DNA of 64,000 bases from an uncultured Dorea sp. (GTDB lineage Bacteria; Bacillota; Clostridia; Lachnospirales; Lachnospiraceae). The stretch covers positions 11,660 to 75,659 of the forward strand of contig CAJURK010000003.1 in assembly GCA_910588745.1 (NCBI GenBank), read 5' to 3'. Below are positions 36,850 through 45,856 of the stretch, piece by piece (positions within the stretch are counted from its first letter, which is position 1; every line of letters starts with the position of its first letter). The position numbers and the translations under genes are program-made. Below the pieces are notes generated by a model. The model did not search any database, was not told the DNA's origin, and saw nothing but the letters and a program-made list of their open reading frames with translations.

Positions 36850-37550
36850 TCGTCTTTCCTAGTCTTTAACATTGATTTAAACATTGTTAAGTCATCTACT
36901 GTCGTAATTTTAAAGTTTTCTTCTGATCCGCGGGAAAAAAACACTTTTTCCCCCAATTGATACATCAAATCACAAGATGCCCCCGTATTAAAAATTTTCC
37001 TTTGCTCTGCTTCATTATGAGCCCATAACAGTTTCTCTAATGAATAAACGTGCGGCGTCTGTGTGCGAAACAATTTTTCTCTTGGAACAGAATCACCGGC
37101 GATAATACCGTCTTCACTATAAAAGACTACTTCAACGCATGGGATTGCTGCAACAGAACTCCCATAGTGCTTATATGTTGCCAGCGCATCTGAAATAATT
37201 TCTGTAGAAACCAGAGGTCTGTTCCCATCATGTACGATAACCGTATTATTCTCTACCCCATACTCTTCTTCTATGGCTTTCAGGCCATTATATATGGATT
37301 CCTGTCCTGTCTCCCCTCCGTCAACAACAAGCGCGAGTTTCGAAATATCAAACTGTTTTGCATAAGCATATAGGACTTCTTTCCATGAAGTCAATGTAAC
37401 TACAACAATAGCGTCTATACTAGGGTGCTTCTCAAATGCCTCCATAGTATATGCAATCACTGGTTTATTATCTACATGTATAAACTGCTTCGGTATATCC
37501 TGGTGCATACGCGATCCCATTCCGGCGGCCGTTAAAATCACTATGTTCAT
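36837..37550 (-). CDS. IspD/TarI-family cytidylyltransferase (CDP-alditol synthesis)
   Basis: MNIVILTAAGMGSRMHQDIPKQFIHVDNKPVIAYT...VVHDGNRP. Start at ATG 37548-37550 (GAGGTGA upstream). Confidence 0.85.
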   Translation of the reverse strand: MNIVILTAAGMGSRMHQDIPKQFIHVDNKPVIAYTMEAFEKHPSIDAIVVVTLTSWKEVLYAYAKQFDISKLALVVDGGETGQESIYNGLKAIEEEYGVENNTVIVHDGNRPLVSTEIISDALATYKHYGSSVAAIPCVEVVFYSEDGIIAGDSVPREKLFRTQTPHVYSLEKLLWAHNEAEQRKIFNTGASCDLMYQLGEKVFFSRGSEENFKITTVDDLTMFKSMLKTRKDEWIK

Positions 37551-37656
37551 TTTTTCACCTCTTTTTTCCAAATTATCTATATTATACCATTTTTATATCT
37601 TTCTATCAATATTCGCATAATGCAGCAAACAAGCCGTATCAAAACATTGTTTTTAC

Positions 37657-38652
37657 TTATGGTACAAATAAAAAAATCAAATCCCCCAGCATTGTCCCCA
37701 AACTTTTTTTACAATAACGTTTATAATCTCCATGTTTCCAACAACTCATAATTATCCGAATGCTTTTTATTCTCTTCCTGTTTGACAGCGCTTTCATTTT
37801 TCTGCCAAATACAACCACTTCCTTTAGCTGCTTCTTCTTTTCTTTGTCCAGATTTTCTCCACATCTATGCATCAATTCAATGTATCTTTTATACATAAAA
37901 TCATGGCCCTCTTTTTGTACCGCAGCTCCTTTTTTTATTATTTCCTTCTTCTTTTTAATCTGTGCCCTTAAAGTTCGGTTTGAATCCGCACCGATTTGGT
38001 TTTTACCATGCTGACGATATTTGATCAGCTTAAAAGGCTCCTCCTCAATTTCGCCAAATACAGACGCATATACAGCCAACCAGCCATCATGCTGCCATAT
38101 ATCAGAAAATGGATAGGCTTTATCAAACAATTCCCGCCTTACAGCCATTGCTGCGCCGGTAACATAATATCCACCCAAAAACAATTCCCACCAAGAAGCC
38201 GCTTCTATTTTTTTCTTGTTATAGTACACAGCCTCCCACAACGACAGTGGTAACTCAGCTAATGTTTCGTCTACTAAATATCCGTCTGAAAACACCAAAA
38301 GGCATTTCGAATTACTCTCAAAATGCCGCAGCATAACATCAACTTTATTTTCAAGCCAAACATCATCCTGATCGCATAAAAAAATAATATTTCCTCTTGT
38401 ATTTAAAATCACATTTTCAAAATTTTTACGATATCCAAGATTTTTTTCATTCTTAATAATTTTATAGCTGATATTCCCTGCGCTTAATATCTTTTCAGCC
38501 TTTATTATTGTTCCGTCTTCTGAACCGTCGTCTCCAATTACGATCTCATCAACCGGAACTGTCTGATGCAGAATACTATTTAACTGTTCTTCTATATATA
38601 ATTCACCATTATACGTACATACCGCTACCGAAACAAAGTCTTTTTTCATCAA
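37657..38652 (-). CDS. Family 2 glycosyltransferase
   Basis: 331 aa. VSVAVCTYNGELYIEEQLNSILHQT...IVIGDDGSEDGT...FLCDQDD. Overlaps the upstream gene by 4 nt. Confidence 0.85.
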   Translation of the reverse strand: MMKKDFVSVAVCTYNGELYIEEQLNSILHQTVPVDEIVIGDDGSEDGTIIKAEKILSAGNISYKIIKNEKNLGYRKNFENVILNTRGNIIFLCDQDDVWLENKVDVMLRHFESNSKCLLVFSDGYLVDETLAELPLSLWEAVYYNKKKIEAASWWELFLGGYYVTGAAMAVRRELFDKAYPFSDIWQHDGWLAVYASVFGEIEEEPFKLIKYRQHGKNQIGADSNRTLRAQIKKKKEIIKKGAAVQKEGHDFMYKRYIELMHRCGENLDKEKKKQLKEVVVFGRKMKALSNRKRIKSIRIIMSCWKHGDYKRYCKKSLGTMLGDLIFLFVP

Positions 38653-39563
38653 CTTCTCCTAAACAAAAAACCCGTAATTACTTTTTGATATACAAAATAA
38701 GACGCTTTATATATCTTAAGCTTCGCCAAAATATATCTAAAAAACATGTTCCTTTTTTTTCCATTTTGATATGCTTTCTTAAAGTAAGGCGCACCATTAT
38801 AACCAGAATCCTCCGCTAAAATAGCAGCCCTGCCATAAAACCCACTGGCCGCCTCTTTATTATTACAAAATTCCGAAGCATATTTTTTTTCAAATATTTT
38901 TAAAGCTTTCATCGCTTTTACAGCGTCTTTTGTAATACTGTCTTCTAAAACTACACATTCTACCAAAGGCTCGTCAATATAAAAAATTTGAAATCCTTGC
39001 GCCAAAACCTGAACCGCAAAATCCCAATCTTGAAATCTAGGGAATCTTTGATCAAATCTCACCTTTTCCAACACTTTTCTTTTGACCACTATCGTCTGCG
39101 TACTTACGCAATTTGATATTAGTATCCTGGTAAATTTGTCCTGTTCCTCATTCAGATTATAAGCCGGAACAATTCTTCCCTCGCTGCCGTACTGATTTTC
39201 TCCTCTTCTATACACGGCAGAAAACACCATGTCCGCATGTTCCTTTTCTAAATAATACAACGATTTTTCTAACTTGTTGCTATACCACAAATCATCGCTA
39301 TCATGAAATGCAATTATATCTCCTTTTGCTGCTTCAATCCCCAAATTTCTAGCTTTACATGCTCCTCCGTTAGTTTCACACAAAATCAATTTCACTCTAC
39401 CGTCTGTAATATTTTTAACTACTTCAACGCTGCCATCTGCTGAACAATCGTCTACCACTATGATTTCAAAATTCTGATAAGTTTGCTTTAGCACGCTTTC
39501 TATTGAAGCTTTTATCGTCTGTTCTCTATTATAAACAGGTATTATAACCGATACCAATCCCAC
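38649..39563 (-). CDS. Family 2 glycosyltransferase
   Basis: 304 aa. VSVIIPVYNREQTIKASIESVLKQT...IIVVDDCSADGS...AFHDSDD. Confidence 0.85.
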   Translation of the reverse strand: MGLVSVIIPVYNREQTIKASIESVLKQTYQNFEIIVVDDCSADGSVEVVKNITDGRVKLILCETNGGACKARNLGIEAAKGDIIAFHDSDDLWYSNKLEKSLYYLEKEHADMVFSAVYRRGENQYGSEGRIVPAYNLNEEQDKFTRILISNCVSTQTIVVKRKVLEKVRFDQRFPRFQDWDFAVQVLAQGFQIFYIDEPLVECVVLEDSITKDAVKAMKALKIFEKKYASEFCNNKEAASGFYGRAAILAEDSGYNGAPYFKKAYQNGKKRNMFFRYILAKLKIYKASYFVYQKVITGFLFRRS

Positions 39564-39565
39564 TA

Positions 39566-40468
39566 TTATTCTCCCTTCCTAATCACATTGATTAATATCT
39601 CTAAAGAGGCTATCTGATTCTGCAGCCAGAACATAATTCTTTTCCTCCTCCCTCGCTTTATTGAATTTGTAGCAGCGTCTTCAAGATGCTTGATTTTCAA
39701 TTCCGGGTTATATACGACTTTTAAATTCTTTTCCTGGCAACGTAAGAATAATAATTCTTCTTCTTTATATAAAAAGGTTTTCGAATTGAACGCATCTGTA
39801 TACTTCCCTATATACTGTGGAGAAAATACGATACAACATCCATGCAGAATAACATTCTCTCTCCGTTTATCAAGATCCGTGGTTAATTGATATTTTGCAT
39901 GCCTGCTTACAGTCTTTTTCCCAGCCAATTGATATAGTTTATTCCTCAACAGTTTAAATGCAACAATCGGATAATTTAGAAACCATTTCATCTGCCAATA
40001 ATCACGTTTATGAATTCTTAACTCTTCTTCAAAAAATTTCAAATCTGGGAACAAGTAATAAACCGGATTGATCTGACCGTTTTTCAATATAATTTGGGGT
40101 CCCATAATACCAAAGCAGCTTTTCTCATATTCTTTTTTAATAATGTCGAAAAAATTCTTCTGTTCTACTAACGTATCGTTATTTAGAATGCATATAAAAT
40201 CACTGCTTAATTTCTCCACAGCATACCGATAACCTATATTATTTCCCTTTGCAAAACCCAAATTTTCACTATTTAAAATTACATATATTCTTTCGCTTCC
40301 TTTATATCGCTCTTTTAATAATCTTCCGCTATGATTAGGAGATGAATTATCAACAACGATAATCTGATAATTTTCACCTTCAAGCGCCTTTTTTATTGAC
40401 TCAATACAGTCAACAGTTTCCTTGATTACATTAAAGTGTAAAATAACAAAACTAATTCGTTTATCCAT
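39566..40468 (-). CDS. Family 2 glycosyltransferase (rhamnosyltransferase-like)
   Basis: 300 aa. ISFVILHFNVIKETVDCIESI...IIVVDNSSPN...ICILNNDT. Confidence 0.8.
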   Translation of the reverse strand: MDKRISFVILHFNVIKETVDCIESIKKALEGENYQIIVVDNSSPNHSGRLLKERYKGSERIYVILNSENLGFAKGNNIGYRYAVEKLSSDFICILNNDTLVEQKNFFDIIKKEYEKSCFGIMGPQIILKNGQINPVYYLFPDLKFFEEELRIHKRDYWQMKWFLNYPIVAFKLLRNKLYQLAGKKTVSRHAKYQLTTDLDKRRENVILHGCCIVFSPQYIGKYTDAFNSKTFLYKEEELLFLRCQEKNLKVVYNPELKIKHLEDAATNSIKRGRRKRIMFWLQNQIASLEILINVIRKGE

Positions 40469-40515
40469 GTCTATTTTCCTGTCAATTTTCTTTTTCTACA
40501 ATATTTCTTGTAAAA

Positions 40516-41859
40516 CTAGTACTGTATTATACGTTCTTCTAATAATTCGTTTCCATTCGGATCATCATATACAGATATTTTTATTTCCCCGGTATCTCCC
40601 TCTTTTCCATAAAAGAGTTTCTCTTCTTCTAAAGGTTCCAATTCCTGTATCAGCTTTTCTTCTCTGCCGACTTTTTCAAGCGTAACATATAGTACCCTTT
40701 CTTCAGAAAATGCCGGTTTAATATGAATCTCCGATTCTGTATCTTTCTGTATCACAGAAACATCTATGCAAGATACTCGGAATTCCTCTAAAACAGGCAG
40801 ATATCTCTCAACTGTTTCTAAAACGAATATATCCGGATTGTATTCAGATATATACCTCTGTTTAAAATATTCACTACGTATAAATACGCTATTCTCAAAC
40901 TGGGTCGCGATACATGGCGCCATTGCAGTCGAAAAAGAGTCTCTCTTAACAAATAAATCCCTCTGATCCGCTCCTTTTGTATAAAAAAGATATCCTGCAC
41001 TTGTTTCTTCTTTCGTTGTATGATATTCGCTCAGATAATCAATATTATAATCTATTTCCCCTTCTTCCTCAGGAATATTAAGCATATTAGCAAGATCACC
41101 TTTCAACGGACAAACCTGCGAAAACGAAACCTCATCAATCCCCGGCATTGTAACTCCTAATTCTTCCGCAAGGCTAACTGCGCCAATATATGCGCCTGCT
41201 TTATTCCAGTGCGTATCCGTCTTCCTGTATAAAATTAAATCCGGGCGATCCTCTTTCGCTTTTATTAATTCCTTATAAGGATATACGATTCTTATGTCTG
41301 TATTTTCTCTTAAATACTTTATCAACTGCTCCGTACTGCTCTCCTCATCCTGAAACTCATAATAATCCGGAAGTTTTTCGGGATAAATAGTTTCTTTATT
41401 GGGGGCGATAAAAAGTACGAATTCTATTCCCCGGCGTTCAAGCGCTCTTTTCGTTACAATTAAATTATCCGTTATCGCCTTTAATTGTTCCTCCGTATAT
41501 TTCCAATACCCCAACGACTGTTCAAGAGGATTATAATCGCTTTTACTGCTGTAAAACAGCCAGCCGTCCTTTCCTATTACTACTTTATCGCTGGAAGACT
41601 GCTTAAATCCAAAATAATCTATGGAATTATTTAACATTACCAACTGGTTGCGGTAAGGTAAATTATCATTGTAATATTTCTCAAATTCTTCTGGAAATGT
41701 ATCAAAATTTCCAAAAGACAGCTTTGGTCTTTCTATTTTATTTCTATTTTCATAATTTTCCGCATCCACATAATCTTTCAATAAAACAAATGAAGCAGAG
41801 GGAGCCATAATCACAATTATAAACATGATAATCCATAAAACGGACCTTCTTTTTGCCAT
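40516..41859 (-). CDS. DHHW-motif / AlgJ-AlgX-like extracytoplasmic O-acyltransferase partner of the MBOAT
   Basis: 447 aa with signal anchor VLWIIMFIIVIMAPSASFVLL. Contains YRKTDTHWNKAGAYIG (D.HW motif). Lies immediately downstream of the MBOAT gene (8 nt gap; the stop TAG sits directly next to the RBS). Confidence 0.7.
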   Translation of the reverse strand: MAKRRSVLWIIMFIIVIMAPSASFVLLKDYVDAENYENRNKIERPKLSFGNFDTFPEEFEKYYNDNLPYRNQLVMLNNSIDYFGFKQSSSDKVVIGKDGWLFYSSKSDYNPLEQSLGYWKYTEEQLKAITDNLIVTKRALERRGIEFVLFIAPNKETIYPEKLPDYYEFQDEESSTEQLIKYLRENTDIRIVYPYKELIKAKEDRPDLILYRKTDTHWNKAGAYIGAVSLAEELGVTMPGIDEVSFSQVCPLKGDLANMLNIPEEEGEIDYNIDYLSEYHTTKEETSAGYLFYTKGADQRDLFVKRDSFSTAMAPCIATQFENSVFIRSEYFKQRYISEYNPDIFVLETVERYLPVLEEFRVSCIDVSVIQKDTESEIHIKPAFSEERVLYVTLEKVGREEKLIQELEPLEEEKLFYGKEGDTGEIKISVYDDPNGNELLEERIIQY

Positions 41860-41867
41860 AATTCCTC

Positions 41868-43265
41868 CTAAAACCTAAAGTATATAAACGGATTATATGT
41901 GTTGCTTGCCAACGCTGCAATGCACAATAGGAATACAGCCATACAGTATAACGCCTCAATCCCGGAACCCTTCATTCTTTCGGCAATCTTCTTATGCCTG
42001 AACAGCCATTGGAACACTCCGCATCCTAAAACTGATAACGCTGCAATTGCAATCGTTTTATTCCCCACCAGCATGGGAAACCTAAAAACGGAATCCGTAT
42101 ACTTCCATGGCGCCAGCATTCTTTTCGCAAATACTCCCGCCTGATGCAGGCTTTCTGCCCGAAATAATACCCAGCCAAAATTTACTACCATAAAAGTATA
42201 TACCCATGCCAAAAACTTCTGTTTTTTTAATACTTCTTTCCATCCTAGCCTCTCTATGATCTGGAAAAATCCGTGGTACATTCCCCATAATACAAAATTA
42301 ATGCTTGCGCCGTGCCAAAGACCAGTAGCGAAAAACACAATTACCAGATTCATATATGTCCTTATTTTCCCTTTGCGGTTTCCTCCTAATGGAATATAAA
42401 GATATTCCTTAAACCAGGTACTTAGCGAAATATGCCATCTTCGCCAGAATTCCTGAATCGAAACAGATAGGTACGGATATGCGAAATTTTCCTGAAATTC
42501 AAACCCAAACATTTTCCCCAGCCCTATAGCCATATCTGAATAACCGGAAAAATCATAATATATCTGCATCATATACAAAACGGCCGCCGTCCAGGCAAAT
42601 AATCCCGTCAAGTTTTCATAATCCAATGCATAGATCCTATCTACACTTTGGGCAAGCACGTTGGAAATAAGAACCTTTTTCCCAAATCCATAGCCAAATC
42701 TCCGGATACCCTCTGCTATTTTTTCAGCAGTACATATCCTGTTGTTTAACTGTTTTTCTATATCCCTATATTTAACAATAGGCCCTGCGATAAGCTGCGG
42801 AAAAAAAGAAATATATAAAGCGAGGTTAAGAATGTTCTTCTGTGCTTTATACTCTCCTTTATACAAATCAATCATATACGACATGATTTGAAACGTAAAA
42901 AATGAAATTCCTATTGGCAAAGGTATTTTCTTAAAATCTATCTGTATTCCTACTAACTTATTAATGATTTCAATAAAAAAATCTAAATATTTAAAATATC
43001 CCAGCAGGCCAATATTAAGCAAAATATCGAATACAATCAAATGTTTTTTCAACCTGTCAGTCTTTTCTATGCAAATACCTATGCCCCAGTTCATTAGTAT
43101 TGAAAAAAACATTAAAAGTATATAGACTGGTTCTCCCCAGGCATAAAATAGCAGACTACAAATCAACAGAAAGACATTTCTATACTGTATATCTGAAAAA
43201 ATATAATATCCGATAAAAACGATCGGTAAAAAAATCCAGATAAACAACAGAGATGAAAAAACCAT
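41868..43265 (-). CDS. MBOAT-family membrane O-acyltransferase (AlgI-like)
   Basis: 465 aa. FWRRWHISLSTWFKEYLYIPLGG, GLWHG, and C-terminal NTYNPFIYFRF. Confidence 0.85.
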   Translation of the reverse strand: MVFSSLLFIWIFLPIVFIGYYIFSDIQYRNVFLLICSLLFYAWGEPVYILLMFFSILMNWGIGICIEKTDRLKKHLIVFDILLNIGLLGYFKYLDFFIEIINKLVGIQIDFKKIPLPIGISFFTFQIMSYMIDLYKGEYKAQKNILNLALYISFFPQLIAGPIVKYRDIEKQLNNRICTAEKIAEGIRRFGYGFGKKVLISNVLAQSVDRIYALDYENLTGLFAWTAAVLYMMQIYYDFSGYSDMAIGLGKMFGFEFQENFAYPYLSVSIQEFWRRWHISLSTWFKEYLYIPLGGNRKGKIRTYMNLVIVFFATGLWHGASINFVLWGMYHGFFQIIERLGWKEVLKKQKFLAWVYTFMVVNFGWVLFRAESLHQAGVFAKRMLAPWKYTDSVFRFPMLVGNKTIAIAALSVLGCGVFQWLFRHKKIAERMKGSGIEALYCMAVFLLCIAALASNTYNPFIYFRF

Positions 43266-43380
43266 AAATTTTCTTCCTCCAAATAATCTGCAATAACATT
43301 CAAAATTTTATATATTTATAACCAATCATATTTTAATTGCAACACAGATCATATTATTTATGCTGCATATTCCTAACAGT

Positions 43381-44589
43381 TCATAATCTTTTTATATAAA
43401 ACCGAAACAATTCTTTCTTCGCATTTGCTGTAGTTGAAAATTCTTTATCAATATACAGCGGCACTTCCCTCTTGCTATTTTTGTTCCTTGCAAAGTATAC
43501 CGGAACATACCAAATTAATTTTAGCAATCTCCTAACATGCTGTTTTAAACCTATCGGTTCAAAATTCATGTTCTGATCCTCTAAATATTTTTTTACATTC
43601 TGGTTGTAATCTACAATAAACGGTCCAGCCGGCCCTACCGCCTTAAGAGAAATATGCGCATCAATATTAACCACTTTTAAATTTCTAATTGCATTCACAT
43701 CAACCTGTCTGTAATTTGGCTTATTCGTCTTACGAATAATACAGAGTTCCGTTCCATCTTCTGCAAACATCATATTATGCGGCAGTGTTCCTGACAGACA
43801 TGCCGCTTTTCTGCTCTCCCGGATCATCATAATCTGTTCTGTCAAAGAATACTTCTCAGGCGCCACAACCAGATACCCATTCTTTCGGAACAAATCCTCA
43901 ATCTCTTTTTCTCCAATTTCCATCGGAATTCTATTTCCCAGTTGTCTTCGTGTAAAATAAATACACTCTCCTTTATATTTTCCCGGTTCGTCCGCTTTTG
44001 CCAAAACCTGCTCCGCCGCCTTGTCAAAAATCTCTTTATATTTCACGCTACAAAAAATTCCGGGTTTATGGGCGCATTCCGGGATAATGACCTGATTAAA
44101 AACGGTTGGAATTTCAATCCTGATCAGCTGTTCCCTTCTAATGCCCAGCAATTCCAAAAATTCTAAATAAATACCGGAAATTTCTACTGTCGAATCATAT
44201 ACGATTCCCAACGGCTCTTTATTCTCCAAAACATACCATAACCGGGAAACCATATCCATTAAGAAATGTCCCCAATGTTTCCAAAATCTTCCAAAATAAA
44301 TTACTTTTTCCTCTCTTCTGGAAACCGGCTCTTCTATTTCATAAGAACCTCCCCATGCATCAACCGGCGACAACGCCTCAAATCCTGACAGTTCGACAAA
44401 ACTGCCTCTGTTATCCACAACACCGGCTCTCTTTTCCCCATTAACAATCTTATAAGGTAAAATAAGGCCGTATTCAACCTTTCTTACCTCCAAGCGTCTC
44501 CCTGCATCCTCGCAAACAGATAATTGATCCATTTCTTTATAATGGGTTAAAAATAAATTATCCATATACTTATATTCTGCAATATCCAT
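43381..44589 (-). CDS. GT61 / DUF563-like glycosyltransferase
   Basis: 402 aa. YFGRFWKHWGHFLMDMVSRLWY resembles the DUF563 (GT61) N-terminal motif, with a later SGTLPHNMMF block. Confidence 0.6.
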   Translation of the reverse strand: MDIAEYKYMDNLFLTHYKEMDQLSVCEDAGRRLEVRKVEYGLILPYKIVNGEKRAGVVDNRGSFVELSGFEALSPVDAWGGSYEIEEPVSRREEKVIYFGRFWKHWGHFLMDMVSRLWYVLENKEPLGIVYDSTVEISGIYLEFLELLGIRREQLIRIEIPTVFNQVIIPECAHKPGIFCSVKYKEIFDKAAEQVLAKADEPGKYKGECIYFTRRQLGNRIPMEIGEKEIEDLFRKNGYLVVAPEKYSLTEQIMMIRESRKAACLSGTLPHNMMFAEDGTELCIIRKTNKPNYRQVDVNAIRNLKVVNIDAHISLKAVGPAGPFIVDYNQNVKKYLEDQNMNFEPIGLKQHVRRLLKLIWYVPVYFARNKNSKREVPLYIDKEFSTTANAKKELFRFYIKRL

Positions 44590-44637
44590 TTTTCCACCCT
44601 ACTATTCTCAACTGTTTTCCAATAAATGGACTCTCTC

Positions 44638-45822
44638 TTAATCTCTGTAAAATACGTCTCTTGTATACACTTTTTCTTTTACATCGTCCAGCAATCTGTC
44701 ATACCGGTTCGCAATAATCACATCCGCCCTCTCTTTAAACTGGTTTAAATCCCCGATAACCTCCGATTTAAAATATTCTGCTTCTTTTAGCGCAGGCTCA
44801 TAAACGATAACCTCTACCCCCTCTCCCTTTATCCGCTTCATCACACCCTGAATGGAAGATTGCCTGAAATTGTCTGAATTAAACTTCATTGCCAGACGAT
44901 ACACTCCCACAACTCCCGGCTTCCTCTTTAGAACCTGGGACGCCACAAAATCTTTTCTGGTACGATTTGCTTCTACGATCGCCCCCATAATTTCATTGGG
45001 AACATCTTGATAATTAGCCAGAAGCTGCTTGGTATCCTTCGGCAGACAGTATCCGCCATAGCCAAAAGAAGGATTGTTATAGTGGGTACCAATACGCGGA
45101 TCCAGACCAATTCCTTCTATGATCTGTCTCGTATCCAACCCTTTCATCTCTGCATAAGTATCCAATTCATTAAAATACGCCACACGAAGCGCAAGGTACG
45201 TGTTCGCAAATAACTTAATTGCCTCCGCTTCTGTTGCATCTGTTAGAAGGACGGCAATATCCTCCTTTATCGCGCCGTTTTTCAGCAGCCCCGCAAACTC
45301 TGCCGCCTTCTCATGAAGATAGAGATCTCCTTTCGGCGCTCCCACCACAATTCTGGAAGGATAAAGATTGTCGTACAGAGCCCGTCCTTCCCTTAAAAAT
45401 TCCGGCGAAAAAAGGAAATAGCAGTTCGGATATTTTCTAACTAAACTTTCTGTATATCCGACAGGAACCGTAGATTTAATTACAATTACCGCATTGGGAT
45501 TCGTACAATCCACCTGCTCGACCACACTTTCCACAGACGACGTATCAAAGTGATTCTTCTCTGGGTCATAATTTGTCGGCGTAGCGACCACCACAAAATC
45601 TGCCTCTGCAAGTTCCAATTCTAATTCAGTCCCACAACGCAGGCTCAAATCCTTCTGCGCAAGATATTCTTCTATCTCTTTATCTATGATCGGGGATTTC
45701 CGCGCATTTACCATATCTGCACGCGCCTGCACAATATCATATGCATATACGTCATGGAACTGCGACAGTAAAACTGCGTTCGATAACCCAACGTATCCCA
45801 TTCCTGCAATAATAACCCTCAT
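44638..45822 (-). CDS. ugd: UDP-glucose 6-dehydrogenase
   Basis: 394 aa. [19 protein letters not shown] and [15 protein letters not shown] (catalytic Cys). Typical length. Confidence 0.9.
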   Translation of the reverse strand: MRVIIAGMGYVGLSNAVLLSQFHDVYAYDIVQARADMVNARKSPIIDKEIEEYLAQKDLSLRCGTELELELAEADFVVVATPTNYDPEKNHFDTSSVESVVEQVDCTNPNAVIVIKSTVPVGYTESLVRKYPNCYFLFSPEFLREGRALYDNLYPSRIVVGAPKGDLYLHEKAAEFAGLLKNGAIKEDIAVLLTDATEAEAIKLFANTYLALRVAYFNELDTYAEMKGLDTRQIIEGIGLDPRIGTHYNNPSFGYGGYCLPKDTKQLLANYQDVPNEIMGAIVEANRTRKDFVASQVLKRKPGVVGVYRLAMKFNSDNFRQSSIQGVMKRIKGEGVEVIVYEPALKEAEYFKSEVIGDLNQFKERADVIIANRYDRLLDDVKEKVYTRDVFYRD

Positions 45823-45856
45823 CCTAAATCTACCTCTTCTTCTCTATAATTCAATA

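Noticed and set aside
25400-43300. Low-GC block considered as a mobile element or genomic island
   Set aside because: No integrase, transposase, tRNA attachment site or flanking direct repeats are visible. Only the compositional shift is supported, so it is reported as a finding rather than as a mobile element feature.
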